The notes below the pieces were generated by a model, which saw nothing but the letters and a program-made list of their open reading frames with translations, was not told the origin of the DNA and ran no database searches. A stretch of DNA of 64,000 nt from Clostridiales bacterium GWF2_38_85 (GTDB taxonomy: Bacteria > Bacillota > Clostridia > Oscillospirales > CAG-382), in NCBI GenBank assembly GCA_001797275.1, contig MGOY01000025.1, positions 30,964 to 94,963 of the forward strand, read 5' to 3'. Below, in pieces: positions 49,485-58,356 of this stretch. The stretch's first letter is position 1. Every line of letters starts with the position of its first letter. Position numbers and translations under genes: made by a program.

Positions 49485-49612
49485 ATTTATAACCATTCCT
49501 TTTTATCATGTACGATGTTTCGTGCGGTTCCGGCTTGCCGGAATTGCCGCCCCTCTGGCGGCAAAGTCGCAAAACTCGCCGTTTGAAAGAAAACTTGTTT
49601 TTCTTTCAGACT
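49485..49612 (-). repeat. Family A element, copy A5
   Basis: TCTGAAAGAAAA-ACAAG-TTTTCTTTCAAA; outer stem CGAGTTTTGCG/CGCACGAAACATCG; inner TTGCCGCC-AGAGG-GGCGGCAA and TTCCGGC-AA-GCCGGAA; then AAAGGAATGGTTATAAATATG. Confidence 0.82.
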
Positions 49613-49730
49613 TATGACCATTTCTTATTTAGTGAGTGGGAATTGTGCCGTGTTTTGCAAAGCAGAACTTTTGCCATTCCGGACGGCGAAAAGGCACAAA
49701 ACCCAAGTTTGAAAATTTATTTTCGAACTT
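49613..49730 (-). repeat. Family A element, copy A6 (tandem, upstream of A5)
   Basis: AGTTCGAAAA-TAAA-TTTTCAAACT; outer stem GGGTTTTGTGCC/GGCACAATTCCC; inner TTTTCGCCGT/ATGGCAAAA and GTTCTGC/GCAAAAC; degenerate cassette AAGAAATGGTCATAA. Confidence 0.85.
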
Positions 49731-49734
49731 CCTC

Positions 49735-50661
49735 CTACTGTATGCTTTCAGCATGAGTGGCTTCAAGGAAAGCCTGCTCAAGCGTCTTCTGGTCGTATAA
49801 CATCGAGTAGAGAGCGATACCGTTTTGAATAAACATTTCGGCAAGCTCTGAAGCTGTCTGTTTGTTTGCATTCAACGAAATATAATTATCCTTCAATTCA
49901 AACACAATTTCTTTATTCTTAAGAAGTTCTGCTGCTGCCTCGTATTTATCTGTTTCAAAATAATAGTGCAGAAGCTGTTCTGACGAAACCTCACCGATTG
50001 CATCCATTGACATTGTTGTTGTAACCTTGCCGTTTTCAATTATAACAACTCTGTCACACATAAGCTCCATTTCTGCAAGCAGATGTGAGGAGACAAGCAC
50101 TCCAACGCCGTTTTTAGCATACTCCCTGAGGTTATCACGAAGCTCCTTGATACCGACCGGATCAAGTCCGTTCGTCGGCTCGTCAAGAATGAGCAGGTTC
50201 GGGTTGTGCAGTATTGCCTGCGCAACACCCAGTCTCTGACGCATACCAAGCGAATACTTTTTTACTTTATCGTTGATACGGTTTTCAAGCTTGACAACAC
50301 GAACAGCTTTATCTATCTGTTCCTGGGTTATCCCGTTGTACATTCTTGAAAAAAGCTTTAAATTTGTCATACCTGTCAGATAGATATACATTTCGGGGCT
50401 TTCTATAATGCCCCCGACCTTTTCAAGCGCTTTTTCGCAGTCGGTTTTTACATCGAATCCATTAATATGAACATCACCTGAGTCGATTGAAAGCAATCCG
50501 AGTATCATCTTTATAGCTGTGGTTTTCCCCGCACCGTTTGGACCGAGAAAACCGACGACCTCTCCGGGATTAACTTCAAAGCTGACATTTTTTAAAACAT
50601 GCTTGTTTCCGAATTTTTTATTAATGCTTTTGACTTCTAATATCGGCATGTCTACCTCCAT
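49735..50661 (-). CDS. ABC transporter ATP-binding protein (BcrA-like exporter)
   Basis: GPNGAGKTT, YSLGMRQRL, ILDEPTNGLD and SSH motifs. Confidence 0.95.
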   Translation of the reverse strand: MEVDMPILEVKSINKKFGNKHVLKNVSFEVNPGEVVGFLGPNGAGKTTAIKMILGLLSIDSGDVHINGFDVKTDCEKALEKVGGIIESPEMYIYLTGMTNLKLFSRMYNGITQEQIDKAVRVVKLENRINDKVKKYSLGMRQRLGVAQAILHNPNLLILDEPTNGLDPVGIKELRDNLREYAKNGVGVLVSSHLLAEMELMCDRVVIIENGKVTTTMSMDAIGEVSSEQLLHYYFETDKYEAAAELLKNKEIVFELKDNYISLNANKQTASELAEMFIQNGIALYSMLYDQKTLEQAFLEATHAESIQ

Positions 50662-50760
50662 AATTAATATTACTGTACATATAGTTATACAGCGAAATTT
50701 TGAATAATACTTTTTATTTAACTATATTTTTTTCAACTCGTATATTTTTCTCGCTTTTGT

Positions 50761-51234
50761 CTATTTTTCAATGATTTTTTTTGATTTTTTTGTGCGTTTT
50801 GACATTAAATAAATTATTAAAACAGCAACAATTGCTCCCAATGTATCAATCAACACATCACTAACCTGCGCACTCCTGCCGAGTGAACCCAGCTGTATCA
50901 GCTCATCACCGATTGCAACTGCCATCGGATAGAAAAGCGATATAAGTATTTTTTTTCTGTTTGTAATGCTGTTTACCGTAATATATGTTAATAAACCCAG
51001 TACCGAAAACTCAAAGGCATGAGCCAGCTCTCGTATAATACCTGCAATTGTGTCTTCTTGCGCTTCGTTAATATCGATGCCAAGCAAATTCGCTGCTTTT
51101 TCGACGAAAACAACCACTCTATCGCTGTCAGCTGATGACTCGTCGGCATTCTTGAGTGAGTTCGAAAATATAAATGCTGTCCATAACAACGACAGCAATA
51201 TAAATAAAATAAAATGCTTTTTGGATTTACTCAT
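50761..51234 (-). CDS. VanZ-family membrane protein
   Basis: IFSNS, IRELAHAFEF, DELIQ..GRSA..DVLID motifs. Confidence 0.85.
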   Translation of the reverse strand: MSKSKKHFILFILLSLLWTAFIFSNSLKNADESSADSDRVVVFVEKAANLLGIDINEAQEDTIAGIIRELAHAFEFSVLGLLTYITVNSITNRKKILISLFYPMAVAIGDELIQLGSLGRSAQVSDVLIDTLGAIVAVLIIYLMSKRTKKSKKIIEK

Positions 51235-51248
51235 TTGCGTAGCTCCCG

Positions 51249-52925
51249 TCAGTCGGTTTGTTCCAATAACTCTTCTGCAGCAGCGCGGATGCGCTCCGAT
51301 ACATTCAAACCGCCGATGATTCTCGACAGCTCCTCAATGCGTGCTTCCTTATCAAGCTCATTGACATAGGTGTAGGTTCTGCCGTCTTTTTCTTCCTTTG
51401 TTATCCTCAGGTGGCAGTCTGCAAGTGCCGCAATCTGTGCCGAGTGGGTAACGCAGATAATCTGCAAGGGTGTTGCGGACATAGTGAGTCCTTTAAGCTT
51501 GATACCGATTTTACGGCTGGTCTTGCCCGAAATTCCGGTATCTATTTCATCAAATATGATTGTTCCCGCACTGTCCGATTGCGAAAGTACGCTCATTATT
51601 GACAGCATAATTCGGGACAGCTCGCCGCCTGATGCAATCTTCTCAATTGGCTTTGGAGGTTCACCAATGTTCGTTGATACCAAAAATCTGACTGTGTCAA
51701 AACCGTCGGGTGCCGGTTGTTTTTCACTGACCTCAACAACAAACTGCAGCTTGCCCATGTCAAGAAATTCAAGCTCGTATTTTATTCTTGCAGCAAGTGA
51801 AACTGCACCTTCCTTGCGGATTGCGGTTAATACCACTGCTTTTTCAATCATAATTTTCTCAGCTTCAGTTAACTGTGATTTCAGCTTCGCCAGATATTCA
51901 TCAGCGTTTTCGATCTGCTGCAGCTCGGTTTTCATCTTCTCACAGTTTTCAAGAGTTACTTCGATGCTGCCGCCGTATTTGCGTTTTATGTCCTGGATAA
52001 CATAAAGCCGTTCTTCGATTTTATCCAATCTTGCGCCGATTGTTCCGGTATCTTCATCAATATATTTCACAACCGTTTCGGATATGTCTTCTATCTCATA
52101 TTTTATACTTTTAAGCTTTTGGGCAAGCTCGTTGAGTTCCGGCAAAACGGTCAGAAGTGATGATACTTCTCTGTAAGCTGTATCAACAAGGATAGAAGCT
52201 GATTTGTTTTCAGCACCATAAAGCGCATTGTATGCAGAAGAACAACCCGTAACAATCTTCTTTGCGTTCAGAAGTCGGGTTTTCTGCTCGTTTAACTTCT
52301 CTTCTTCTTCGACTTTTAGTCTCGCATTCTCGATTTCACTTATTCTGTATGATAGATAATCTGCACGACGAACTTTTTCATCCTCATCAACCTTCACAGA
52401 ATTCAACTCATGTTTAATATCTGTATATTGCTTGTATGCTTTGTAATATTCGTCGGTTGCTTCACGGTTGTCAATAAATCTGTCGAGTAGTTTAATGAAT
52501 GAATCAGCATCGCTGAGCATTCTGGTGTCTTGTTGACCGTGTATGCAGATAAGCCGTTCCGCAGCTCCACGAAGTCTTGAAGCCGGCACTGTTCTTCCAT
52601 TAATTTTTGAAATTGCTCTGCCGTCAAGTGACAGCTTGCGTGATAGAAAAATTATTCCGTCCTCATCGGGCTCAAGCTCAAGCTCTGTCATTGTCTTCAA
52701 TGTATCATCCGAAAATCCGCCGAAAGCACCTTCGACTAGCGCATACTGTTCACCAGTCCTGATAAGCTCTCTGTCGCTTCTTGCGCCGCAGAGCATATTT
52801 ATTGCATCAATAATAATGCTTTTTCCTGCTCCGGTTTCACCTGTGAATACACAAAATCCGCTGTCATGTTCGAGTGACAGCGTCTTTATTAATGCGATAT
52901 TTTCAATATGTAACGATGACAGCAT
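51249..52925 (-). CDS. recN: DNA repair protein RecN
   Basis: TGETGAGKS, IHGQ, ASGGELSR and FDEIDTGISG motifs. Confidence 0.97.
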   Translation of the reverse strand: MLSSLHIENIALIKTLSLEHDSGFCVFTGETGAGKSIIIDAINMLCGARSDRELIRTGEQYALVEGAFGGFSDDTLKTMTELELEPDEDGIIFLSRKLSLDGRAISKINGRTVPASRLRGAAERLICIHGQQDTRMLSDADSFIKLLDRFIDNREATDEYYKAYKQYTDIKHELNSVKVDEDEKVRRADYLSYRISEIENARLKVEEEEKLNEQKTRLLNAKKIVTGCSSAYNALYGAENKSASILVDTAYREVSSLLTVLPELNELAQKLKSIKYEIEDISETVVKYIDEDTGTIGARLDKIEERLYVIQDIKRKYGGSIEVTLENCEKMKTELQQIENADEYLAKLKSQLTEAEKIMIEKAVVLTAIRKEGAVSLAARIKYELEFLDMGKLQFVVEVSEKQPAPDGFDTVRFLVSTNIGEPPKPIEKIASGGELSRIMLSIMSVLSQSDSAGTIIFDEIDTGISGKTSRKIGIKLKGLTMSATPLQIICVTHSAQIAALADCHLRITKEEKDGRTYTYVNELDKEARIEELSRIIGGLNVSERIRAAAEELLEQTD

Positions 52926-52940
52926 ACCGGTATCCTCTCA

Positions 52941-53045
52941 TATATGAAACTAACAAATGAATTGTGATTTTATTAATTTTGAAAGATTCATTCAGAATAG
53001 ACTTTTTCAAAATTGCTGAGGTAATTCATTTGTTAGTTTCATATA
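52941..53045. repeat. Family B MITE-like long-hairpin repeat, copy 2
   Basis: 23-bp perfect IR TATATGAAACTAACAAATGAATT / AATTCATTTGTTAGTTTCATATA, with an internal IR AATTTTGAAA/TTTCAAAATT. Confidence 0.87.
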
Positions 53046-53068
53046 GGGTAACTTTATAATGATCAACT

Positions 53069-53530
53069 CTATTTTATAAGCTGTTCGATTCTATGACAGA
53101 TTTCCATCGATTTTGATTCATTTTTTGTGATTATAAGGAAAGTATCATCGCCTGCGATGCTACCGACGATATCATCCCAACCCATTGCATCAATTGCTGC
53201 TCCTGTTGCATTCCCCATACCGACAAGCGCTTTTACAACGACCAGATTTCCTGCAAAATCTACGCCCTGTATTGTTTCGGCAAGAATTTTTGCAAGCTTG
53301 AAGCTCGAACCTGTCTGTGTTCTCGGAACAACTCCATACCGGGTTATACCCGAACGGTCAACAACCTTCTCAATGTCAAGCTCCTTCAGATCGCGTGAAA
53401 TTGTTGCCTGAGTTGTTTCAATTCCTGACTTCTTTATCAGAAGTGCAAGCTCTTCCTGGGTATCGATAGGGTGTTCTTTAATCAGCTTTAAAATCAATTC
53501 TTGTCTTCGAGTTTTCATTCGTAAATCCAC
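53069..53530 (-). CDS. argR: Arginine repressor
   Basis: TQEEL, TQATISRDLKEL and GSIAGDDT motifs. Confidence 0.96.
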   Translation of the reverse strand: MDLRMKTRRQELILKLIKEHPIDTQEELALLIKKSGIETTQATISRDLKELDIEKVVDRSGITRYGVVPRTQTGSSFKLAKILAETIQGVDFAGNLVVVKALVGMGNATGAAIDAMGWDDIVGSIAGDDTFLIITKNESKSMEICHRIEQLIK

Positions 53531-53543
53531 TTTCGATTTTATC

Positions 53544-54326
53544 TTATTTTGACAATTTTCTATACAGAGTATCGCAGAATGTATGCCCTTTGATGCGTAT
53601 TAATTTTGTTGTCTTTTCGGAGCGTATAATTTTTACTCCGGTATTCTCGTCTATTTCAACTGTTTTCCGTCCATCAGCTGACAGGAATGCCTTTTTGCCT
53701 CTTGTCGGTAAAAATCTCAGTTCGATTTCTTCATCGGGCGGGAAAATAAGCGGTCTTGAGCTAAGCAAAGAATGTGAGCATACCGGAGTGATACAAATGA
53801 CCTCAAGTCTTGGATCAATAATCGGTCCGCCGGCTGCCATTGAATATGCGCTTGAACCGGTTGGTGTCGCGACAATAAGCCCGTCTGCACTGTAGACTGA
53901 AACCGACTTGCCGCAGCTGGTCAACTCAATGTCAATCATATGCGATACCGCACCTTTTGAGAGAACCGCTTCATTAAGCACAGATTCAAAATATTTTTCA
54001 TTACCTGATTTTATAAGGTATATATCAAGCATCATCCGTTTCTCAATGATGAACTCATTGCTTACAAGTGCATTCAGCGAATCCAGCTCGTCCTTTTCAA
54101 GCTCCGCCATATATCCTGTATGTCCGAGATTTATTCCGAGCAATGGTTTTTCACTGCCTGCAAGCGGCAGAATGGTACCGTCACCGCCAAGAACAATGAT
54201 TGCTTCAGCTTGTTCTTTTCCGCAATCATGTATTATACCCAGTGAATTTAACTTTTTTTTAACCTCTGCTTCAAAGGCATCAATATTCGGTTTGTTGGTG
54301 TTCCTGACAATCTGAACTGCTTTCAT
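53544..54326 (-). CDS. nadK: NAD kinase
   Basis: GGDGT, NE and DGLIVATPTGSSAYSMAAGGP motifs. Confidence 0.95.
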   Translation of the reverse strand: MKAVQIVRNTNKPNIDAFEAEVKKKLNSLGIIHDCGKEQAEAIIVLGGDGTILPLAGSEKPLLGINLGHTGYMAELEKDELDSLNALVSNEFIIEKRMMLDIYLIKSGNEKYFESVLNEAVLSKGAVSHMIDIELTSCGKSVSVYSADGLIVATPTGSSAYSMAAGGPIIDPRLEVICITPVCSHSLLSSRPLIFPPDEEIELRFLPTRGKKAFLSADGRKTVEIDENTGVKIIRSEKTTKLIRIKGHTFCDTLYRKLSK

Positions 54327-54338
54327 CCCGTTGCTTCC

Positions 54339-55085
54339 TTATTTTTTAAAAAATGCAAGAAACTCTATGTTTCCGTCGCTGCCCTTTATAGGAGAATCAA
54401 TATATTTTTGTAAAGCTAAACCGTTCCGGTCAGCTGTATTTTTTATGTTTTCGAACATTGTGCCGTAAAGCTTTTTACTTCCTCTGACAATACCGCGTTT
54501 GCCGATGTTCTCCCTGCCCACCTCAAATTGAGGCTTGATAAGGCTAACAAAAACACCGCCTTCGGTTAGAATATCGCTCACCGCAGGATATATCAATGTT
54601 TGCGATATGAACGAAACATCCATTGTTACAATATCAATTTGCTTGTTAAAATTCTTTTTAGTCAGTGTTCTTGCATTTATACCCGGCATATCGAGAACAT
54701 GGCTGTTCTCCTTTATTTTAGGATGCAGTTGATCTTTCCCGACATCAACCGCATAAACAAAGTCAATGTCTCTCTGTATAAGACAGTCACAGAAACCACC
54801 CGTCGATGCACCGATATCAACCGCTGTTTTCCCAGTTACATCTATTTCAAAGCTGTCAAGAGCGGCTTCAAGCTTTATCCCTGCTCTTGAAACATATTTT
54901 ATATCATCGATTATTTGTATATCCCACCCATCAATAAAAATTGATGGGTTACAGTCAATCTGCCTTGACGGCTTGCTCTCCACCTGTCCGTCGACAAGCA
55001 CAGAACCTGATTTGATAAGCATCGAAGCTCTGTTTCTGCTTTCGCAAAGTCCAAGCTCTACCATCAGAACATCAAGCCTTGTCAT
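54339..55085 (-). CDS. tlyA: TlyA-family rRNA 2'-O-methyltransferase
   Basis: S4 domain, YVSRAG.KL, DIGASTGGF, DVSFIS and KPQFE motifs. Confidence 0.95.
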   Translation of the reverse strand: MTRLDVLMVELGLCESRNRASMLIKSGSVLVDGQVESKPSRQIDCNPSIFIDGWDIQIIDDIKYVSRAGIKLEAALDSFEIDVTGKTAVDIGASTGGFCDCLIQRDIDFVYAVDVGKDQLHPKIKENSHVLDMPGINARTLTKKNFNKQIDIVTMDVSFISQTLIYPAVSDILTEGGVFVSLIKPQFEVGRENIGKRGIVRGSKKLYGTMFENIKNTADRNGLALQKYIDSPIKGSDGNIEFLAFFKK

Positions 55086-56919
55086 AGTTTTTAGTTATCT
55101 CGGCTGCAATTTGTTCGGGCATGAATCCACATTCGCGGTGCAGCTGTTCGAGTTTTCCGAAGGTGATAAATTTATCATCAATTGCGCGGACTATGGTTCT
55201 TGTATTCAAATTTGCCTTCAGATATTCTCCTATGCCACCGCTGAGTATTCCCTCTTCAAGCACATAAACCAGTTTTGCTGTTGCAATCAGTGTCTGAAGC
55301 TTATCTATATCAATCGGTTTAACTCTCTTGAGCTTAATAACCCGTGCGGAAATACCCTGCTGCTTGAGTATCTGAGCAGCATCGTATGCGTTTTTGGTAA
55401 TTATACCATATGAAATTATCGCAACATCAACCTTGTCGGAAATATCAACAAACTCAAGGTCACTGCCGGTGCCGATGTAATCGGTATATTTAGTATTGCA
55501 TTTGCCTTTGGGATATCTTACAGCAACGGGATGAATAGATTTGAACGCTTCGGTGAATGCTTCATCAAGATCGGCGTAATTTTCAGGCGAATATACAACA
55601 ACATCGGGTATATTTCTGAACATTGCAACATCGAAAACACCATGATGTGTCGGACCGTCGCTATTGACGAACCCTGCTCTGTCTATCGCAAAAATAACCG
55701 GTAATCCCTGAAGTGCGACATCGTGGAGTATCTGATCATATGAGCGTTGTAAGAAGGTTGAATATATAGCAACAACAGGCTTTTTACCTCCGACGCAAAG
55801 TCCTCCGGCGAAGGTAACAGCATGCCCCTCGGCGATACCGACATCGAAAAATCTTTCGGTGAACATCTCCGCAAAATCGTCGAGTCCGGTTCCGTCGGTC
55901 ATTGCCGCAGTGATTGCGCAGATGCTTTTATCTCTTTTTGCATGTTTAATAATAATTTTACCGAATTCGGCTGAAAACGAATCCTTGCCGTTTGTGACAA
56001 AACCCTTTTCAATATCAAAGCTACCGACAGAATGGTATTTTGACGGGTTCTGTTCAGCAAACTCATAGCCTTTTCCTTTTTTTGTCTGTACATGAACGAG
56101 GCAGCATTTTTCGCTTGTTTTCGCTTCATTGAGTGCAATCTCAAGCTTTTTAATATCATTACCATTGACAGGGCCGAGGTATTCAATACCCATATGCTCA
56201 AAAAGATTTTCACTCCAAACAAGTCTTTTCCCAAAATCTTTAATTCCCTTTGCAGCTTTAACAAGACCGCTCCCGACTACGGGAATGCTGTCGAAAAGTT
56301 TATGTGTATTATGCTTCATGCTGAAGTATCTTTCACTGGTTCTGAATCTTGCAAGATGCTCCGATAATGCTCCGACATTGGTCGAAATCGACATATCGTT
56401 GTCGTTGAGTATTATAATAAGACGCATATGCTGTTTGGAGCAGTTGTTGAGCGCTTCGTAAATCATGCCATTAGTGCATGCACCATCACCTGCAACGGCA
56501 ATCGTATAATCCTTGCTGCCAGTAATAGCGTTCGCACTTGCGATACCGATTGCGGCAGAAATTGATGTGCTGCTGTGTCCTGCGCCGAAGGGATCATGTT
56601 CGCTCTCACTTCTTAGTGTAAATCCGGACAGCCCGCCATATTGCCTGAGCTGTGAGAACCTGTCTTTGCGACCGGTCAACAGCTTATGAACATAGCTTTG
56701 ATGCCCGACATCCCAGATAATTTTATCCTTCGGAGAGTTAAATATACGATGTAAAGCAATGCTAAGCTCGACAACGCCAAGATTTGATGCAAGATGACCT
56801 CCTGTTGAAGAAACCGTTTTAATGATTTCAGTCCGAAGCTCATCTGCAAGTATTTCAAGCTGTTTATCCGAAAGATGTTTAACGTCAGCCGGTGAATTTA
56901 TTTTATCAAGTATTCCCAA
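55072..56919 (-). CDS. dxs: 1-deoxy-D-xylulose-5-phosphate synthase
   Basis: GGHLASNLG, DVGHQ, GHSSTS, GDG..NDN and DRAG..DGPTH motifs. Confidence 0.97.
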   Translation of the reverse strand: MGILDKINSPADVKHLSDKQLEILADELRTEIIKTVSSTGGHLASNLGVVELSIALHRIFNSPKDKIIWDVGHQSYVHKLLTGRKDRFSQLRQYGGLSGFTLRSESEHDPFGAGHSSTSISAAIGIASANAITGSKDYTIAVAGDGACTNGMIYEALNNCSKQHMRLIIILNDNDMSISTNVGALSEHLARFRTSERYFSMKHNTHKLFDSIPVVGSGLVKAAKGIKDFGKRLVWSENLFEHMGIEYLGPVNGNDIKKLEIALNEAKTSEKCCLVHVQTKKGKGYEFAEQNPSKYHSVGSFDIEKGFVTNGKDSFSAEFGKIIIKHAKRDKSICAITAAMTDGTGLDDFAEMFTERFFDVGIAEGHAVTFAGGLCVGGKKPVVAIYSTFLQRSYDQILHDVALQGLPVIFAIDRAGFVNSDGPTHHGVFDVAMFRNIPDVVVYSPENYADLDEAFTEAFKSIHPVAVRYPKGKCNTKYTDYIGTGSDLEFVDISDKVDVAIISYGIITKNAYDAAQILKQQGISARVIKLKRVKPIDIDKLQTLIATAKLVYVLEEGILSGGIGEYLKANLNTRTIVRAIDDKFITFGKLEQLHRECGFMPEQIAAEITKNYDKA

Positions 56920-56933
56920 ACCGCTCGTAACTC

Positions 56934-57533
56934 CTATTTTCTGTTTTGTTTTTTCTTTGAATCTCTCCCGGTGAAGAGACAGATAACCTTTGCAAAGCCC
57001 ATAACTATTTCCACGCTTTTTGTCATCGCTATCCTTTTACCGAGAGCCTTTCCTCCGACTGTCAATGCTGCAATACATGAGGTCAGAAGTAGTGTTATCC
57101 AAAACCCATAATCTTCGTTGATAAATATTTTTGCTGCTATCGCAGCACCTGTTGCACCCGAAACGACACCGGCAATATCACCGATGACATCGTTACAGAC
57201 TGATGCGACCTTGTCTGCGTTTTTAAGAAGCATAACCGCTGTTTTACCGATTTTACTCTTGCGGGAAGCCATAGAATGAAAAGGACTTTCCGCCGCAGTA
57301 GCAACGGCAAGTCCGATAATGTCAAATAAAATGCCTATAAAAATAAATATGAAAAGTAGGATAAATGCAATTATGACAGGCAGGCTGTTCATCGATTCAC
57401 CCGAAATCAGCGATAAAACAGCAGTGATAACGAAGGATATTAAAAATACCTTAATCGCCCATCTGTATTGGTTTTGTCTTTCCTTCTTTTTGTCTTTTTT
57501 TCGTCGAGGAGCTTCTTCTTGTTGGCGTTCCAT
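56934..57533 (-). CDS. oapA: OLE-associated protein A (membrane protein, CNNM/DUF21-related)
   Basis: ~200 aa with four TM helices; FDIIG.A..A...PFHSMA, A.KV.S.CNDVIGDIAGVVSG and LTVGGKALGK motifs; directly downstream of the OLE RNA. Confidence 0.9.
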   Translation of the reverse strand: MERQQEEAPRRKKDKKKERQNQYRWAIKVFLISFVITAVLSLISGESMNSLPVIIAFILLFIFIFIGILFDIIGLAVATAAESPFHSMASRKSKIGKTAVMLLKNADKVASVCNDVIGDIAGVVSGATGAAIAAKIFINEDYGFWITLLLTSCIAALTVGGKALGKRIAMTKSVEIVMGFAKVICLFTGRDSKKKQNRK

Positions 57534-57570
57534 ATGGAAACATTGATCCTTTCAAAATACGTAATTTAAT

Positions 57571-57597
57571 CGATTGCGAAACTAATTTTTCACAATC
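57571..57597. repeat. Family D palindrome, copy 2 (ole-oapA spacer)
   Basis: CGATTGCGAAACTAATTTTTCACAATC, similar to 37211-37238. Confidence 0.6.
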
Positions 57598-57645
57598 ATC
57601 TAAAATATGTGAATTAATATAATTTGTTATTTAGAATAAATTAAT

Positions 57646-58236
57646 AGATGGCGGCACAAAACGTAAACTTTGTGACATTCGGTCAAGTAGGTTTTCCCCA
57701 ATCGGTACTTTTTGTCGCCAATAAAGCGGTTTCCCTTTAAACCGACAGCCGGTCCGTCACCGGAGCCGGGACTTGATTGCCTGTTAGTTCACACTGCAAT
57801 CCGTTCTGTGCCTGTTATTCTCAGCCTAGGAGATTTCCTCAATAAATCGTTCTCGTTCCTTAGACTCTTTTGCAATAATGGTTTCAAAGAGCAATAACCG
57901 GTATCGTCGTCGACTCACTCCACCGATGTGAACTCCCATCCGCCACAACCACTCAAGTCAGGCTACATCTATCCACAGCATCTTAACGTACCGCGTGATA
58001 GGTTTAATCTTTAATCTGTACCGGTTATAACATTGTACTCCGCCACAGAAGAAAGCCTCAAAGGAAAACGGGTCAGGTCTCGTATGCCATTACAAGTTGC
58101 CCGCAGACCAATCTCCCAGCACCCACCCTATACTGGGCGTATAAAGCAAGCACAAGGAGCTTCATCGATATGCCCTTTTGCGGATTTTTAGGCCCGCTTT
58201 CAGAAACGACGATTTAACTAGGATACTGCGCCATCC
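57646..58236 (-). ncRNA. ole: OLE (ornate, large, extremophilic) RNA
   Basis: ~590-nt GC-richer non-coding stretch between ispA and oapA, the canonical ole position. The ends pair (GATGGCG 5' with CGCCATC 3'). Recognisable blocks: CAGTATCCTAGT, GCGGGCCTAAAAATCCG, GGGCATATCGATGAAG, GTAGCCTG.CTTGAGT, AAAGGGAAACCG, GGCGAC and GGGAAAACCT. Confidence 0.93.
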
Positions 58237-58324
58237 GCTATTTGTTAAAATAGCGTTATCGCTGTTTTATAATATCTTATTAAAAATAAGAGATATGATC
58301 ATAAATTACTCAGAATATCATTGT

Positions 58325-58353
58325 ATTATAGCATAAATATTTAAATATTTCAA
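58325..58353 (-). promoter_or_regulatory. Internal sigma-A promoter upstream of ole
   Basis: TTGAAA-17 bp-TATAAT with an extended TG, in the ispA-ole spacer. Confidence 0.72.
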
Positions 58354-58356
58354 GTG

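Noticed and set aside
49508-49871. Short ORFs across the ABC ATPase-permease spacer
   Set aside because: Explained by two tandem family A elements.
52941-53045. Possible ARG boxes next to argR (ATGAATT half-sites)
   Set aside because: The half-sites are ~60 bp apart as arms of a family B repeat that also occurs at unrelated loci, not an 18-bp ARG box.
57712-57897. 61-aa plus-strand ORF
   Set aside because: Antisense to the OLE RNA, with no RBS or recognisable motif.
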